A stretch of DNA of 58,444 nucleotides, filler included, from Dirinaria sp. TL-2023a (lineage: Eukaryota), in the NCBI GenBank assembly GCA_051941275.1. It is 3 parts of 3 records of this genome, joined end to end, with 100 filler letters (N's around TTAATTAATTAA, not from the genome) between each part and the next. Parts side by side here need not be neighbours in the genome. Positions count along the whole stretch, not along the records: positions 19,523 to 38,935 come from JAVEBF010000336.1; 2 more parts are not named here. One strand, written 5' to 3'. Every line of letters starts with the position of its first letter. Positions within the stretch are counted from its first letter, which is position 1. The notes beneath the pieces are model-generated. The model saw only the letters and a list, made by a program, of their open reading frames with translations, did no database searches and had not been told where the DNA came from. This document shows, piece by piece, positions 23,400 to 37,116 of this stretch. The translations under genes and the position numbers were made by a program.

Positions 23400-26300
23400 A
23401 TGCCACACCCTCCTCCTGTATCCAACGATGCCTTGGATGGTGTGCAACAGACATCAGATGATTTTCAGTCACTTTCCCAGTCATTCTATCCCGGGTCGGT
23501 TTTCCTCACCAAGTCGTAGAAGTTTCTGCTGATGGTGCTAGCCATTACAACGGCTCCGATCCCCAGGTCCGATATGAAGAATCCTCGCAGGAACCTACCC
23601 TGGAGCTACCGCCAATTGTAAAAGGTGTCCGTGTGATTGAAATATTCCAAGAAGCTGTCGAAAACGCGCGCCGAGGGATCGCGCAATCGCTCGCTGGAAG
23701 CGAAAAAGTGGGCGAGGCTGTCAACTTGAAGTTGACCGTAGATCTGAGTCGTCGGTCCTTGGAGGGTGTTCCGAATGAGGTAGTTGAGATTGTGAAACGA
23801 GACGTGGAAAGGTACCGTACTTAATCGTTCAATTAGTTGATGTTGCTTGAATGCTGAGTCTATTTTCGCAACCGCACCAAGGGGCTCGATAGCGAGTGCT
23901 TACTTCTTAAATAGGTTGCAACTGGCCCACAACGAAATATCTCACATCCCGTACAAGTTCCAGGAGTGTCTTGTCTTGAAATATCTTAACCTGCGTAGCA
24001 ACCGTTTTAAAGATTTCCCGAAGGCAGTGAGTAATAATAAGTGCAAGGTTTTGGGCTGCAGAGCGTGACTGCGAAACAGATATGCAAGCTTCCGCAATTA
24101 GAAATTCTCGACTTAAGTCGCAACAAGCTGACAAGAATTCCGGAAGAAGTTGGGAGCATGAGAGCCTTGCGCGTTTTGTCGCTCCTAAATAATTTTATTG
24201 AGAGTGTGCCATTCAATCTCGGGTCCCTCGAAACTCTCCGAATTCTTAAACTAGGAGGAAATCCATTATCCACTGAACTATGGCAAGTCATGGAAGGGAA
24301 TACAGTATCACCTTCGAGTACGATTCATACAGATAACGAGAAGGACGCTGTTTTCACGAAAAATCTGAAAAAACATCTGCAAACCGCTGAAGCGCAGGCA
24401 AAAGACTCTGATGGAGAATCTAGGTACTACCCATGCTATCCAGAGATAAAGATGTAATACTTACTTTTGTAAAGCAGCGATGGTACACTAAGTACCCCAC
24501 GTGCACCGAAACGGACATTGAGCGCTCGTTTCCCAATCAAACCTAATACGAGTGGTTCTGAATCAGCATCCGATCTGAATCTCACCCTCAGATCACCTGG
24601 ATTCGCTAAACCTCCGATTCCGGCAAAATCTCATTATCGAGTCGCATCTGGCCAGAATGATCTGGTTCTTAACGCAGGGCTCCGACGCCCCGGTCTCGCT
24701 CCATTATCCAATGGGAACGAGCGTAATAGAAGCAACAGCGAGAGCATTCTGCAAGCAACACGGAATAATCGAAGTAAACGTATGGGGATCGTGACCAGGA
24801 AGCAATCTGATCTGGGTACTGTAGATGAATCTAGGGCCAACAGGAATAGTTTCCACCTCCGAGGACAAAGTCACGGTTCTGCTTTACAGGATCGCTACAT
24901 CAGCAATCTTCGCCATGGTGAGACTACGCCTCCAAGCCCACTAAGAGCTGAGCGTCAGAGGGGTACATTCATGCGTCGTCTATCGAGTCTGCCTGAACAC
25001 AAGCGAGGATCAGTGTCAACTAGTGGTGTTGTGGAGGGTGCGAAAGGAGTACTGTATTCACTCCATCAAATTCACTCACATCTCACTACCCTAGTGAAGG
25101 TACTTACGAGTAAGACATCGAAAGAAAAATCGGATCTGGAGCGATTCTATCATGGCGCATACAGCCAAATCGAAGCTCTGGATTCGGTCTTGCACGACTT
25201 TCACCATAGAAAGACCGAAAGCATGGACCCAAAACTCCATGTCGACGCCAGCGTTGTTGGAGCTTGCCAAAAACTCACGACAAATTACCGCCGTGTCGGT
25301 GATTTATTACTGTCTATTATCAGCCGGCTGGTGTCCGAAGGAGACCAAAGGTACATCCGGACGTTTATCCTTTTGCTGTACGGGAGTCTCAATGAGGCGC
25401 GGAACGCCGTTCCAAATTTTGATATTTTAGCCTCTAGAAATGAGCCACAGAGCACCACTACATCTCGCATACATACAATCCATGAGGAGCCTCGGGTACG
25501 TCGCGATATGTCTATAACTCCCACTAGACAGCGGCCGAACCCGGATAGACGCTGGCAGAACGGCATGCTTGGCCAACAATCAAGCACTTTTGGGACATTC
25601 TCTCCACTTTCGGGGGCGCAAACGGCAGTTCCGCTCTATTTTAACGGGCGTAGCCGTTCCAACAGCCGTACTGGCCAACTCATGAGCTCAGCTAGTAGTT
25701 CCGTTGCAAACACTCCACGATCTGGTGAGACTTTCAAATTGCCTGGGCCCGGAACGCCCCGTCTGCGCTCTCGGAGCAATAGCGCACTGGGCTACCGTAT
25801 TCAGAATGTTTCTCAAATTGCCGAGGGTCCGGAACAGGAGGTTTACTTTGAGAAGATCTTCGTCGCTCTTACTCAATGCGTCGAAAACGTCCAGAATATC
25901 GTCCCAGTAGCACGCCAGCAATTCGATCGCTGCCTTAATGTAGCGCAGCTGTCATACACCTCTCAACAGATCATTCTTCTCTGGTCAACCCTCGTATCTC
26001 GCAGCAGTGTCGCGATCGAGACTAGCTATGCCATGCAGAGGCGCCTCTCTACTATTAAGCTCAACGAGCCAGATGTCAGGCAATCCCGAGATTTCTGGCG
26101 ACTTTGCGGCAAGCTCCTCACCTATCTTGAAAAGTTCATGAGCGGTGTCCGTGAGGCTAAATGTCTCGAACTTATTTCGATGGATCTCATCAAGATAATC
26201 TATCCCCTTCAAAGATCATTTTCCGAATTAGGTCGGAGCATCAAAAACTCGCCATGGGAACACCTTACACAAGAAAACTCCGACCAGCAGCAGCAACAAC

Positions 26301-26569
26301 AGCAACAACACCACCAGCAGCACCACCAGCACCACCAGCAGCCGTCTCTTAACACCGAGGGCGCTTCTCGTTATCGATCGCGCACCGATTCGGGGAATTC
26401 GCCCTATGCAAACAATGTTCCCGCCACCCCATTGAGTGCCGCTTTAGGACCTGCCGCGCAGGCGACGGTGCCCACGAGTGCAACCCTCGATCGGAGCTTT
26501 GAAGGGGGGGTGTTTCAGAGGGCAGACGTGCTCTTAAGGCTGCAGCAAACCATGATACATCGGCGTTGA
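23400..26569 (+). CDS. SOG2: RAM signalling network leucine-rich-repeat protein Sog2
   Basis: N-terminal LRRs (LQLAHNEISHIP, LNLRSNRFKDFP, LDLSRNKLTRIP, LKLGGNPL) followed by SOG2-domain motifs VEGAKGVLYSLHQIH, DQRYIRTFILLLYGSLNEARNA and VPATPLSAALGPAAQATVP. About 4 introns. Confidence 0.9.
26285..26341 (+). repeat. CAG/CAA/CAC trinucleotide tract encoding polyQ/H in SOG2
   Basis: Encodes QQQQQQQQHHQQHHQHHQQ. Confidence 0.9.
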
Positions 26570-27550
26570 TACACGGGCTTCAGCCTGTCACCAGGACAGG
26601 GTCGTAGTTAGCCAACAACGCACCCAGGCGCTTGCTTCGCTTCGGATTCTTCGTCCCTTTTTCAGTTCTTCGGCGCATTTGTAGGATAGAAAGCGTGGGG
26701 TTTTTACGAGCCATGTTGCATGCATCCGAAGATACCCCCCACCTTAGCATTGCGGCTTTCTCCACAACACCACTACAGTGATACAGTGGAAACCGTTCTA
26801 TTGCACAAAGCATTCGAATTAGCTAGGTTGAGCACAAACAAACTATACTGATCAGACTTGCCCAGTTGCGTCGTGGTATTGTACCTCCGGAGCTATGGTA
26901 CTAAGAAAAATTACTGTGGAGCTCTCGCTCCACCAGCAGCAGCAAGTCAAAGGGATGCTACGCTAGCCACGTTGCCCAAAATTAACTAAGGTAGTCTGTT
27001 ACAAAATATATAATTACCCACGACTCAATTATGAATCACTTTGCAAAGACGTTTTTTAAAACATCGTCTAGTGTGTGTGTGAGACGGAGATGCAGATCTG
27101 TGCCGCTCTATGGACACCAACTATGAGCCGATTCAATCCTACGCTTCGACACGCCAAGCCAGGGTAAGACTACACTGCGCCATCACTTTACTCGACGTGA
27201 AGATAGGTCTGGGAGCGTATAGGTAAACAATATTATCTGAATCTTGTGAGGCACCCCAAACACCCTAGCACACAGCAATGCCTGTGAACCATTTTGTTTT
27301 TCATTTCTCGTTTTTCTTGTTGCATGCTAAATCGTTACTCTGCAAATTCGAGGACTGTGATACATTTCAGGAGCGATATCGTGTGCTGTACATCCACCTT
27401 CTCCCACTATGCTCGAAAGCCAACATGGAAAGAACATGCCAGCCAGATTCCCAGCCGACCAAAAAGAAACTTCACCTAGCTGTGCACGAAGCCAAGCGCA
27501 AGCCTTGTAACTTAACCCCTTGCTCTAACTGTGCCACCTGAACCGTTTCG

Positions 27551-28388
27551 TCATTGATCTCGCGGGATAGTCTGATTAGAAGCTAGACACTGAAAGTGGT
27601 TTCCAGCGAGGGCAGGATGCATTGCCGAATCCGGCCGCTGAATCTCCTCGCTCCCCTTGAACTTCTCAAACTGCGCATGGTCAACGTTGACCGGCGCCGA
27701 GATGTTTCTCGTCTGCCTCGTGTCGCCTCTCGGACTCCGCATGTAGTAGGTAGGTAGAGTATCTGAACGTCCCAAATGGAACGACCTCCGCGGGCGGGAC
27801 GAAGTCTGCGTAGTAGCCCTCGACAGGCTCTTTTGTGGCGCTACAGCACCATGGGCACGCACCTCTCGCGCGGTGATGCCGAGTTCTTTGTTACGGAAGA
27901 TGTAATTGGCAAAGATGTTCGCGACGCCAAGGATCAGCATCAAGATGCCGCTGGAGATGACAATTTGCCAGGAGGAGGTGCCAAGGGATTTCTGGGAGGT
28001 AGCTTGCTTATTGAGGTTTCCCAGGATCGACACGCCGAGGATTATCATGAGCGTCCCGAGCGTGACGAAACCAGAGGACGTGGAGAGGAGAGGCCAGTTC
28101 GTGGCGACATAGTTGCGGAGAATGGGAAGCTCGGTGATGATGAGGCAAACTTACAGGCATTGTTAGTTTATTGGATTGGTAAAGAGAGCAGGGAGTGAGC
28201 TTACCGCCTAAAGCAGCTGTGACGACATGACTGACGCCGTCGAAGAAGAAAAACTTGGAGACAATAAAGGTTTTCACCAGCATGACGATGCTTGCTGCAA
28301 TGACGGCCACGAGACCGATGATGTTGAGGACACGAAGGACATTGAGGAAAATATAGCCTGGACCGGCCAAGCGCTTGAAGATGGCCAT
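27551..28388 (-). CDS. Conserved fungal 4-5 TM membrane protein of unknown function; intron at 28204-28150
   Basis: LAGPGYIFLNVLRVLNIIGL..KFFFFDGVSH spliced to VCLIITEL..NWPLLS..GFVTLG..LGNLNK..GITAREVRAHGA. Confidence 0.85.
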
Positions 28389-29422
28389 TTAGTGGGGAAT
28401 TGACGGAGCTTTTCGGTAAAGATGGAATGATTTAAGTGAACTGGTCAAGATTAAGTACTGAGGACGCTTTATGTGACGCTGCGCAGCAGACGAAGTTGGA
28501 GCAATGAGGGAAAAGAGGTTTTCAACGACGCAGTCGTGATGAAATAACAATGTAAAGAGGAAGAAAGTGGAGAAACGAAGGTTTCGTCGAGCCTGAAGGT
28601 AGACCTCATATGAGTACGAACAATGGGCTACAATAGAAGAAAGGGTATTGAAAGTGAAGAGGGGGACCGGTGAATAAGAGACAAAGGAAACGCGTCGCAC
28701 AATGGAACCTATTGTTCGTTCATCATTCACGAGCTCAAAAAGATTGGAGTTGGTGAGAATGTCTTATTGTTGAGCGTGATGGCTCTAATTACGCCAAAGG
28801 ATTGGATGGCACAGTATCAGTCATACCCTCGCTCGATAAGTATGCGCTCGTGGGAAAGTACCTTACACTGCGGTGAGAGTCGACTACCAATTTGCTGTGT
28901 GGATCCGGTGCTTTCCAAATGCCTTCTGGCATGACGAGCCAGTGGACAGGACCGCTCAAGGGCATCGTTTCAGACCTTTGCCCTGGCGGTTACGCGCTTT
29001 GAAACATTGGTAGGACATGGAAGCTTTAATTGGATTGACATTTGCCTCGCAGCGAAGAAAATGCCTGATTGATTGAAGGTCGACAATGTGCCACATAGTA
29101 GCACTATCTTGGAGGGATTCGTGAGCATTATCAGAGCAATGTAGAGGAGATGCATGTATCTTACTAGGTAGATAAAAATGTACTCCGTACTCGTACCTTA
29201 TTTCGATACTGTGTCGTAGGACCTCGGCTCCTTGGTATGTTGATGAGAGCTCGCTTACTCAGCCGGCAAATCCTCGGTCCGGCCTCAGCTCGTAACTCGA
29301 GGGACTGTCTCGCTGTAAGAAATGGCTGGGTGAGAAATAAGCTCTCTTCGCTACCTCAGATTCAAAAGCATCCCGTCATTCCACAAACACTCGAGACTTC
29401 CTAGCTTTACAATCCAAGTATC

Positions 29423-29810
29423 ATGGCCCGCGGGAATCAGCGTGACAAAGCACGGGAGAAGACCCAAAAGGAAAATGCTGCTCAGGTAACTTTCCACCAC
29501 TACCATCACTCTTTACACATGGGCTTTGCTTGCTCGTTTTTGGATCCACAGCGTTAATGCGTCCACAGAAAAAGAAAAACACTGTGGGTGACTCGCAAAC
29601 TCTTTCGATCTCGAACACGTCCTGACCAAACACTTTCAAGCAATCTGGCACGGAGTTTGCCCGGACGAAGGAGAGTCAAGCCGCCATCATGCGTGCGAAG
29701 CAGGAGCAAGGTAGAACATCCTAAACTGTCAGATATGTTCGAGTTGCTCGCTAAGGTTCCGCTCTCCCGATACAGCCGATGCTAAAAAGAAAGAGCTTGC
29801 GAAGAAGTAA
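29423..29810 (+). CDS. Small EDRK-rich factor (SERF/4F5 family), about 60 aa, 4 exons including a 15-nt micro-exon; absent from the ORF track
   Basis: Exons 29423-29485, 29569-29583, 29641-29710 and 29776-29810 give MARGNQRDKAREKTQKENAAQKKKNTQSGTEFARTKESQAAIMRAKQEQADAKKKELAKK*. Confidence 0.9.
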
Positions 29811-30195
29811 ACACGCTGCACCGCAGCTCAGCCCAGGCTTCTGAAAGTGGGTTTCAACAGCGGCTGAGGAGAAGGTTGGCTCGGCTGATAACCGGTGCAA
29901 CGGAAACGAATTCATCTGTCAAGTCAAGAGTGTACAGCGGCACTGCAGGGTCTTATGGCTGGGATCTCAGGGAATACCAATTTGCTAGCGAGGCGTTGAA
30001 GCCCCTGGAGCGTGTGAGTCGATTATGAACTAAATTTTGATCCTATTGAGCAATCCTATTGAGCAGAACGCTACGATTCGCCGTTAAAGAAAAGTGCTTG
30101 ATTTAGAAGTAGGTGAGTATCGGCATGCTTCGCCATCAGCCTGGGATGTAGAGGAATGGTCTAATCCCGGAAAACCCTACAGCACTGTCCGCAAG

Positions 30196-32261
30196 TTATT
30201 GAGACCTATCGCGTACTTCTTTGTAGTCATTTTTGTCGCTGTAGTCGCAGTATTCCGCTGAACCCTCGGATCCGCTGCCATCCAAACCTTCGCCTGCCAT
30301 GACTGTGGATCTTGGCTCAAGTTTGATCTCATCCAGGGATCGTGTGGCGGACGGCAGTTCTTGTGAAGCGCATCCCAACTCGCCCTCCGTTGTTAAGGTG
30401 TCAAGAGAAAGGAACTCCATCGAGGCTGAGATATCAGTCTTGTTTTTGCCTAGGTCTCGGGGTTGCTCGTAAAGTATGGGCGCCCAAACTCTCCAGTGCA
30501 ATATTGCAAGGTGAGCTATGCGCTTTGCCATAATCAAGAGACCGCGCAGCTCTGTTTCGGAGGGCGTGGATACAATTCCTGAATGAAGTTGGTCCAAAAT
30601 TTGCAGCGGGGTCAAGCCTTCCATTTTCTGAATTTCTTGCAGCGTGATAGAGCTTAGATCGTCTCTGAGCGTTGCAAAGAAAGATGACTGCCGATCTAAG
30701 AGTTCGAGAAATAATTGTACCACGCATTCCACCAGATGCGTCTCTGGTAAGTCAGGCACCTCACGTTGACGATAAAGCTCTCTTGTAATCTCCAGAGCGA
30801 TGGGGTGAAGAGGTGCGAATTGGGTTGCACCTTCATCTCCCAGTAAAGCGGCAACACGATTGATTAGCCTCTGGCAAACTTCAGAAGATGGTAACGCTAG
30901 ACCGTGACTTGTAAGCAGTTTTGTGAGCGTTGTAACACATGCCCGATAGTGGGCTTCGAAGCTGCATTGGATTTGTAATGCTCTGATCCGCTCAATGTCA
31001 TAAAGAAAAGTATCAGGGATCCTCAGATCATTGTCGACCACCAAGCGAATGACACCATCAACATATTTCCTTAGTCGGACTGCTGGTGCTAATTCTGTTG
31101 GATCGCAATTGCAGCAATCCACAAACCATCTCCGTGCTTCAGCAACATTCCAACCAGTTGCTATTTGATTCAGGAAGGTTCTCTGCTCGTAATGGATGCT
31201 GTCTTCGATCATTAGCAAGCGCAAATATCTGATCTGATGGTTTGCAACATCCTACACACTCATTAGCTCCCCGCGTTTTAGACCGGTGTCGGTAAACTCA
31301 CAAGCTTCATCATTTCCAAGATACCGAAGAGGGACCGCAGTCCAATTGCCAGGAGACAGGGATCATCTCTGTCGGTTCCCTCATTGATCTTCGATACCAT
31401 TTGGTTTACATCAGTATCACGAACAGGAGAACAAGAGCCTAGAAGCAGCTTCCCAAGCCAATCACCGAGGCCTTTAACATCGCACACACCATTCTCTAGC
31501 TCCTGCATCAGGAGGTCGACGTCGAGACGCTCGTCGACAGAAGTCCATTCAGATGCAGGAACGAGTGTTTTGAGTATCTCACGGATCGCCTCAAACATCA
31601 GAGGAAGTCTCACAGACATACGGCGAAGAGAGGGCAAGTTTGGAAAATGGGAAGGAGGGCTTGCAATATCTCGCCGCGTACGCATGTAAACGCTCGACTG
31701 GCTTTGCCGTCTGCTACAAAGAGCAAATTCGATGGTGAGAGCTTCCCAGTACTTTCTTGCGCTGTCCAGCTTCCGTTGTCCCGGAATGCCATGTAAGTTA
31801 GGCCTGAAACTGATCTCGCGTTCGAAGTTGAGGTCATGCCGTAGCTTGGGGTCGTTGATAATGCGAACTAAGTCCAGCTCTGCTAGCGAGACCTTAGTTA
31901 TTGGGGGTTCACAACTGGCAGTCCACCAGGATTCAAGGTTAACCGACTCAAGGTGCAGGCGATGTAAGATGTCTGGAGTGATGTACGCTTCAAGTTCGAG
32001 GTCGGCCATTGTTCGGGCCTGTGCTAAATTTTGAGAGGAGCGCGGGTTTGTTCGAAGATTGGGCAGTGAACGCTCTGGTCTGTCGAAACTTCTTGCTGAA
32101 AGAAGAGCTCCTGATGCTTTTGTGCCGGCAGTGTGATTTGGACAGTATTGTGTTATTGCTGGTGGGTTTTGACAAAGACATTGCATGTGTGATGCTGAAT
32201 GAACGGAGAGCCGAGGTTCTTCTGTACAAGAATCGGGTTGCGCTGAGTTTCGAGAATCCAT
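30196..32261 (-). CDS. SOK1: T-complex protein 11 / Sok1 family protein; intron at about 31301-31252
   Basis: PPITKVSLAELDLVRIINDPKLRHDLNFEREISFRPN, LLGSCSPVRD, ILEMMKL|DVANHQIR, IAHLAILHWRVWAPILY. Confidence 0.88.
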
Positions 32262-34692
32262 TCTGACTCGAACTGCGGGCAGATCCACGGAATGAATGAT
32301 CTATTTCAGCTATAGATTGCGTGACCACGGTGCGCAACAATGACCAAGATGAAGCTTGGGTATATTGATTGTTTCGGTCGTCACACATAATCAGGTAGCA
32401 AATCGATTGTCTGCAAACAGCTGCGATGCCTTTGTTCCGATGGACGATAGCTCTCGATAAATGACTGCCAACAAGACACACAAAGCACAGAACGTAAGTG
32501 AAGGATTCTTTGGTGAGAACAGTGAGTGATTTCGGTATTGCCGCATTCAGTGAATCACTCGAAAATTAGGCAGTGTTGAAAAATAACAATAATCATGATA
32601 ATAACGCATTGTTAAGGGTCTCTGACAACCTGCAAACCTGGGCGGGAAATCCATACAAACATATACTTGTCCATGAAAGTTACAGACGAGGGATCAAGTT
32701 ACACTTAACTTAGAGCGCAAACATGGAATTCATGCTGAAGTAGACGAGATACCATCCAATCACAAGGAGTGAGGCTGAGCAGGGATGACATCCTCAGTGA
32801 GACCCCAGTTGCCGAAAGGGGTCAGGATCCGACAGTTCAAGACTTGAGTTACCAAAGCCCCGGAATAGTGGTGGCGTACCATGACTGTAAGAAGGATGAA
32901 AAAGGGTTGCATACCAGGCCAGTCTATTCCTATATTAGATTGCAAACCAGGAATGCGGCAAGGCGTCTAGCAGCAGATAAAGGCCAACCTTTCCTCCACA
33001 ATCTGCTGGTCGATGAACTGCTGCTTTTGTATCCGGCACAACCTGGAGAACGATCTTGCTGTTTCACATCGAGCAGATGGCACTGCTTCTGGTCCCTCCG
33101 ACCATAGTAACACGACTAGCTATCCGTGAAAAGAGCCACATGTCCTGTTGCAGACTGTCCGAAGTAGCACCTGAAGCCCGGTAAACGGCAAGATGCGTCG
33201 CAATGGTACCCAAAGGGTAGTAGAGCTTGTCGCGCCTTGTGGCCACAACGAAGAGCATGCTCGTGTCTCGGTTAAGAAGAGGGATAACCCCAATACGGGA
33301 TGCTACATAACACTCTTATGACGTGCAAGTAACCGCAAGCAAGGGTAGGGCTCATGAGCGAAAAGCTGCTCGGCTGAGGGGATCAAAGCCGCCAGAGCTG
33401 GGAAGATAGCAGTATCGTGCGACCCGGGTGAGGCAAAAACAACCAGGAATCGCATGGGGATTCCTGGCAAAGGGTCCATGAAGGAGCCTGAGGAGCTGTA
33501 CTTACACAAAGTGGGAAGCCAGGCGAAAGATGGCTGGTTGGGGATGGTAATAATAATGATGATAATAAGTAGGAGTGCTAGGGATTAAGGTGCTTTTTCC
33601 GAGCGAGTAGTACCGTAAGTCAGGTTCAAGTGGCCCATGGAGCCCATGTTTTGCGAGGCGGATCGGCGACATTATAGGCTCGGATAGCGTAGGATTAATT
33701 TCTTGAAAGGAAGGACGTTCTGTCGTTCTCTCGGTTCTTTACGAGGATCGGAGGATCCCCGCAGTCCTGCACTCTCCGATGGGCCGGGCGTCTTGTGTCT
33801 CTGGCTGAAGTACCTGAATTGAAAGTCATCATCGTGTCAAACCCAGCACACGATATGAATCCTTCCAAATTTTCAATAATACCGTCCTTATGATGCAGTC
33901 TCAAAGTATAATCAACTTCGCCGATGAGAGACCAGATGAAAAAAAGTAATGGACCCAAAGCTTAGCCTGCCTACATCTAGCTTAAGCCACCACCATCACT
34001 CTTACCCAGCTGGGTCGGATCCCTTGAATCGCCTCTACAGTATGCTCGGGATAGTTGAAAACTAAACTAATCTCCAATCCGTCAATCCTACAAAACGCCA
34101 ACCCCTATGACTATGGCTTTGACACTATGATCTTGTTGCTTCCCCATTTGTATTTGAGGATTCTCATGCAATAGCCAGCAGCTTCAATTCTACTAAGACG
34201 GATGTGTGAGTAAAAACACTTCCATTAAACAAGATGTGATCATCACCAGATCACTGCTAACAGTTTGGAGTAAGCGACAATCGCAGTTGAGTTTTTGTTT
34301 CCATTTCTCCTTTCGATACATGAGTGAAACCTCGTGTACTCTTCCTCCAGACATGGGAGAATGCTACCTTGATGCAAGAGTAATGTAACGAGTGCTACAA
34401 GAGATCAAGATGAGCCTAATGGAGCGGTTCTTTGAACACGAAACTGTGTGTGATATATCTTGTCGATGCTGTCACCTTCGAAGAAACATGTATTATGCCT
34501 TGCAAAGCGCCCCTTAGAAGTGACGGATGTGACAGTGTCTCATTCTAAGGGTATTTTAGTTTTGTGTTCATTCAGCATAAGCTGTGTTCGTTGTCTCATC
34601 ACTTTCAAACCTGCTCATGCGGATTGAAACGTAAGGTAGTTACCTATCTCAAGTTGTTTCCGTTCGCTTTGAATACTGCAGTAACATCCGCC

Positions 34693-36699
34693 ATGCATGC
34701 AACTTCCGCTGTCATGCGCTTGGGTGCGTTGTGGTTGCTATCCATTTACAAAAGCTATGCCTCCTTTACCACCCAACCACCAGTATCCAGGTCTTTGGGA
34801 GGGCTTGACATCCAGAGGGATGCCGTGGGCACCCTGCCAAATGTCCACTTCAAAACGCCTGTCAGTTGGGCTGGCCAAGTTCACATACCTGGCTCTAAGG
34901 ATGATGAGCTTTTCTTCTGGTTCTTCGAGGCCGAACAGCGAAGCAGTGATCTGATCAGTAAGCTCTGTGAATGTCAAGAATAGTCTTTGGCTGACACGGT
35001 CTCAAGTCTGGCTGAATGGCGGTCCCGCATGTTCCTCACTCGACGGTCTGACAAAGGAGAACGGGCCAATCTCCTTTCGTGGCAACTCTTCGGGACCAAG
35101 CGCAAATTCTTACTCTTGGACCGAGCTAGCGAATGTCCTTTACATCGATCAGCCTGTAGGCAGTGGGTTTTCTGGAGGTAGCAATCAAGCTACAACCAAT
35201 AAGCAAGTATTTCTCAAGATCTCTACATGTAGCTGAAAGCCTTCTATGATGTCTTTCCATCCTTGAAAAAGCATAGACTCTTTATTATGGGTGAATCTTA
35301 CGCTGGTATCTATGTAAGCCATGAATGTCTCGCCCTTGCCCTTTTCGAGCGCTGGAAGCTGCGCAAAGCATCTTACCATTGATTTGCAGATTCCATACCT
35401 GACTAAGGCCCTCATGGATAATAAAAACGCTTTGCCGCTAAACATAGAGTCTATCACAATAGGCGATGGCACCATCGGCAACGCCGCGACCCAATCCGAT
35501 GTTGTTGTGTCAACCTGGCTGCGTCAGCAAGCGAAGATTCTCGACATCCCACAGGACATTTTGAACGCTTTCGATAACGCCGATAAGCAATGTGGGTTTG
35601 ATGAAGTGATGCTACAGCTTGGCTACCCACCGAAAGGCGTTCCTCATATTCGCGGCACCCCGAAGGAGAAATTGCCGGATTCTTCAACCGCAACAAGAAG
35701 CGACAAAACAATTGTTTCAAAAAAGATCCAAATACACCGGCTCTAGTGAATGAATCCGTCAGTTCATTGTGCTATGGAGGCTCCGGTTGCGCGACGTTCT
35801 CGACTGCAGCGAATTACCTGCAGCAGAAGCAGCCATGGTAAGCATTCTACCTTCATTTGATACTTTCAGAGACCATGAACAAGCATTTTCCACAAAAGTT
35901 TGTTTTGTCTTCCTTCGTCTATCCATCATAGAATTTTGCCGATTTAGCCCAACATAATCCAGATATTCTCTCTCTCTCTCAGTGCGATCCACACCAGCTG
36001 TTTCTCGTCTTTCGACTCCTTGACTAAAACAGCGAAGACAAGTGCTGATCTCCTTCCAGTTTCTCGGTTTACAACATAGGCTACAATTGCCAGAACGCTC
36101 CAGACTTGAAGGGCTTCGCTGAGTGGCTTAAACTCCCTGCCACTCGTGGGGCCATCCATGCTCCCTACAAGACCTATGAGGTGTGAAATGCAACGATATT
36201 AGTCACTCTAGAGAACAGATCTGTCGAACCTCCGTCCTACAAACTCCTGCCTGAGATACTTGATGCTGGAATCAAGGTCAATCTTTATCCTGGTGACTAC
36301 GACTTTCTCATTGACCATTGTGGTACCGAGCTGGTGATTCAGAATATGACTTGGTGAGTCTCAGGCAGTAGTCATTATCTATAAGTTGATGTATGTTAAT
36401 GCACTCAAGGTGCGGTAAGCAAGGCTTTCAAAAGAGACCTGCTCATGCTTTTACGCTCCACAACAAGAAGGTTGGCAGCTGGGGTACCGAGGTAAGCCTT
36501 TCCTTTATACCCTCCATCTCGGAGCGTTACAAATTTCTTAAGAGGAGAGTCTTAACGTCGGTTCCTCACATAGCGAGGCCTCACTTATCACCACTTCCTC
36601 CATGCAGGGCACACGGTGCCTTACGACATCCCTGAGGTAGCTTTTGCCTATGTACGCGACTTTGTTCTCAACACCACTAGCCACAGCACCAGCGGGTAG
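34693..36699 (+). pseudogene. Secreted serine carboxypeptidase (peptidase S10), disrupted
   Basis: Signal peptide, LFFWFFE, WLNGGPACSS, YIDQPVGSGFS, GESYAG, GDYDFL, AGHTVPYD. Frameshifts near 35208 and 35657; in-frame TAG at 35230 and TGA at 36184. Confidence 0.8.
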
Positions 36700-37116
36700 T
36701 CCGCTCCCTTCCTTGTAGCATTGCTTGTCAAGAAAACCATGCATCCCCATCGGTCTAGGGAAACCTCACCTTTGCGTTGAAAAGCGAGCCTACAGAATCA
36801 GAGCTAATGGGGTTGTTGTTCGCTTGCTTCAAACTGATCTTTCCAGTCTGGGCTGCCCTTTTTAGTTGAGGAAGGATTCTGAGCTCCAAAATAAGCTGCC
36901 ATGGAAGCGGTTCGGGCCAAGTACACGTCAGAGGGGCCGTAGGTCGTGTTGGTAGCTGAGATTGATTTGAGGTATCCATTTTCCCTCATCGTTTTTGCAA
37001 AGTTCCGAGTCAAGACCATGTGACAACTGGAACGCATGGAAAGCATGCACAAGCAACACGGAGAACTCATTAGATTGGTTTCATGTTGATATTTAATGCG
37101 CACTGCGACGCTCATC

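Noticed and set aside
32760..33958. Cluster of short ORFs between SOK1 and the S10 pseudogene
   Set aside because: No recognisable domain or consistent exon chain; treated as UTR/intergenic.
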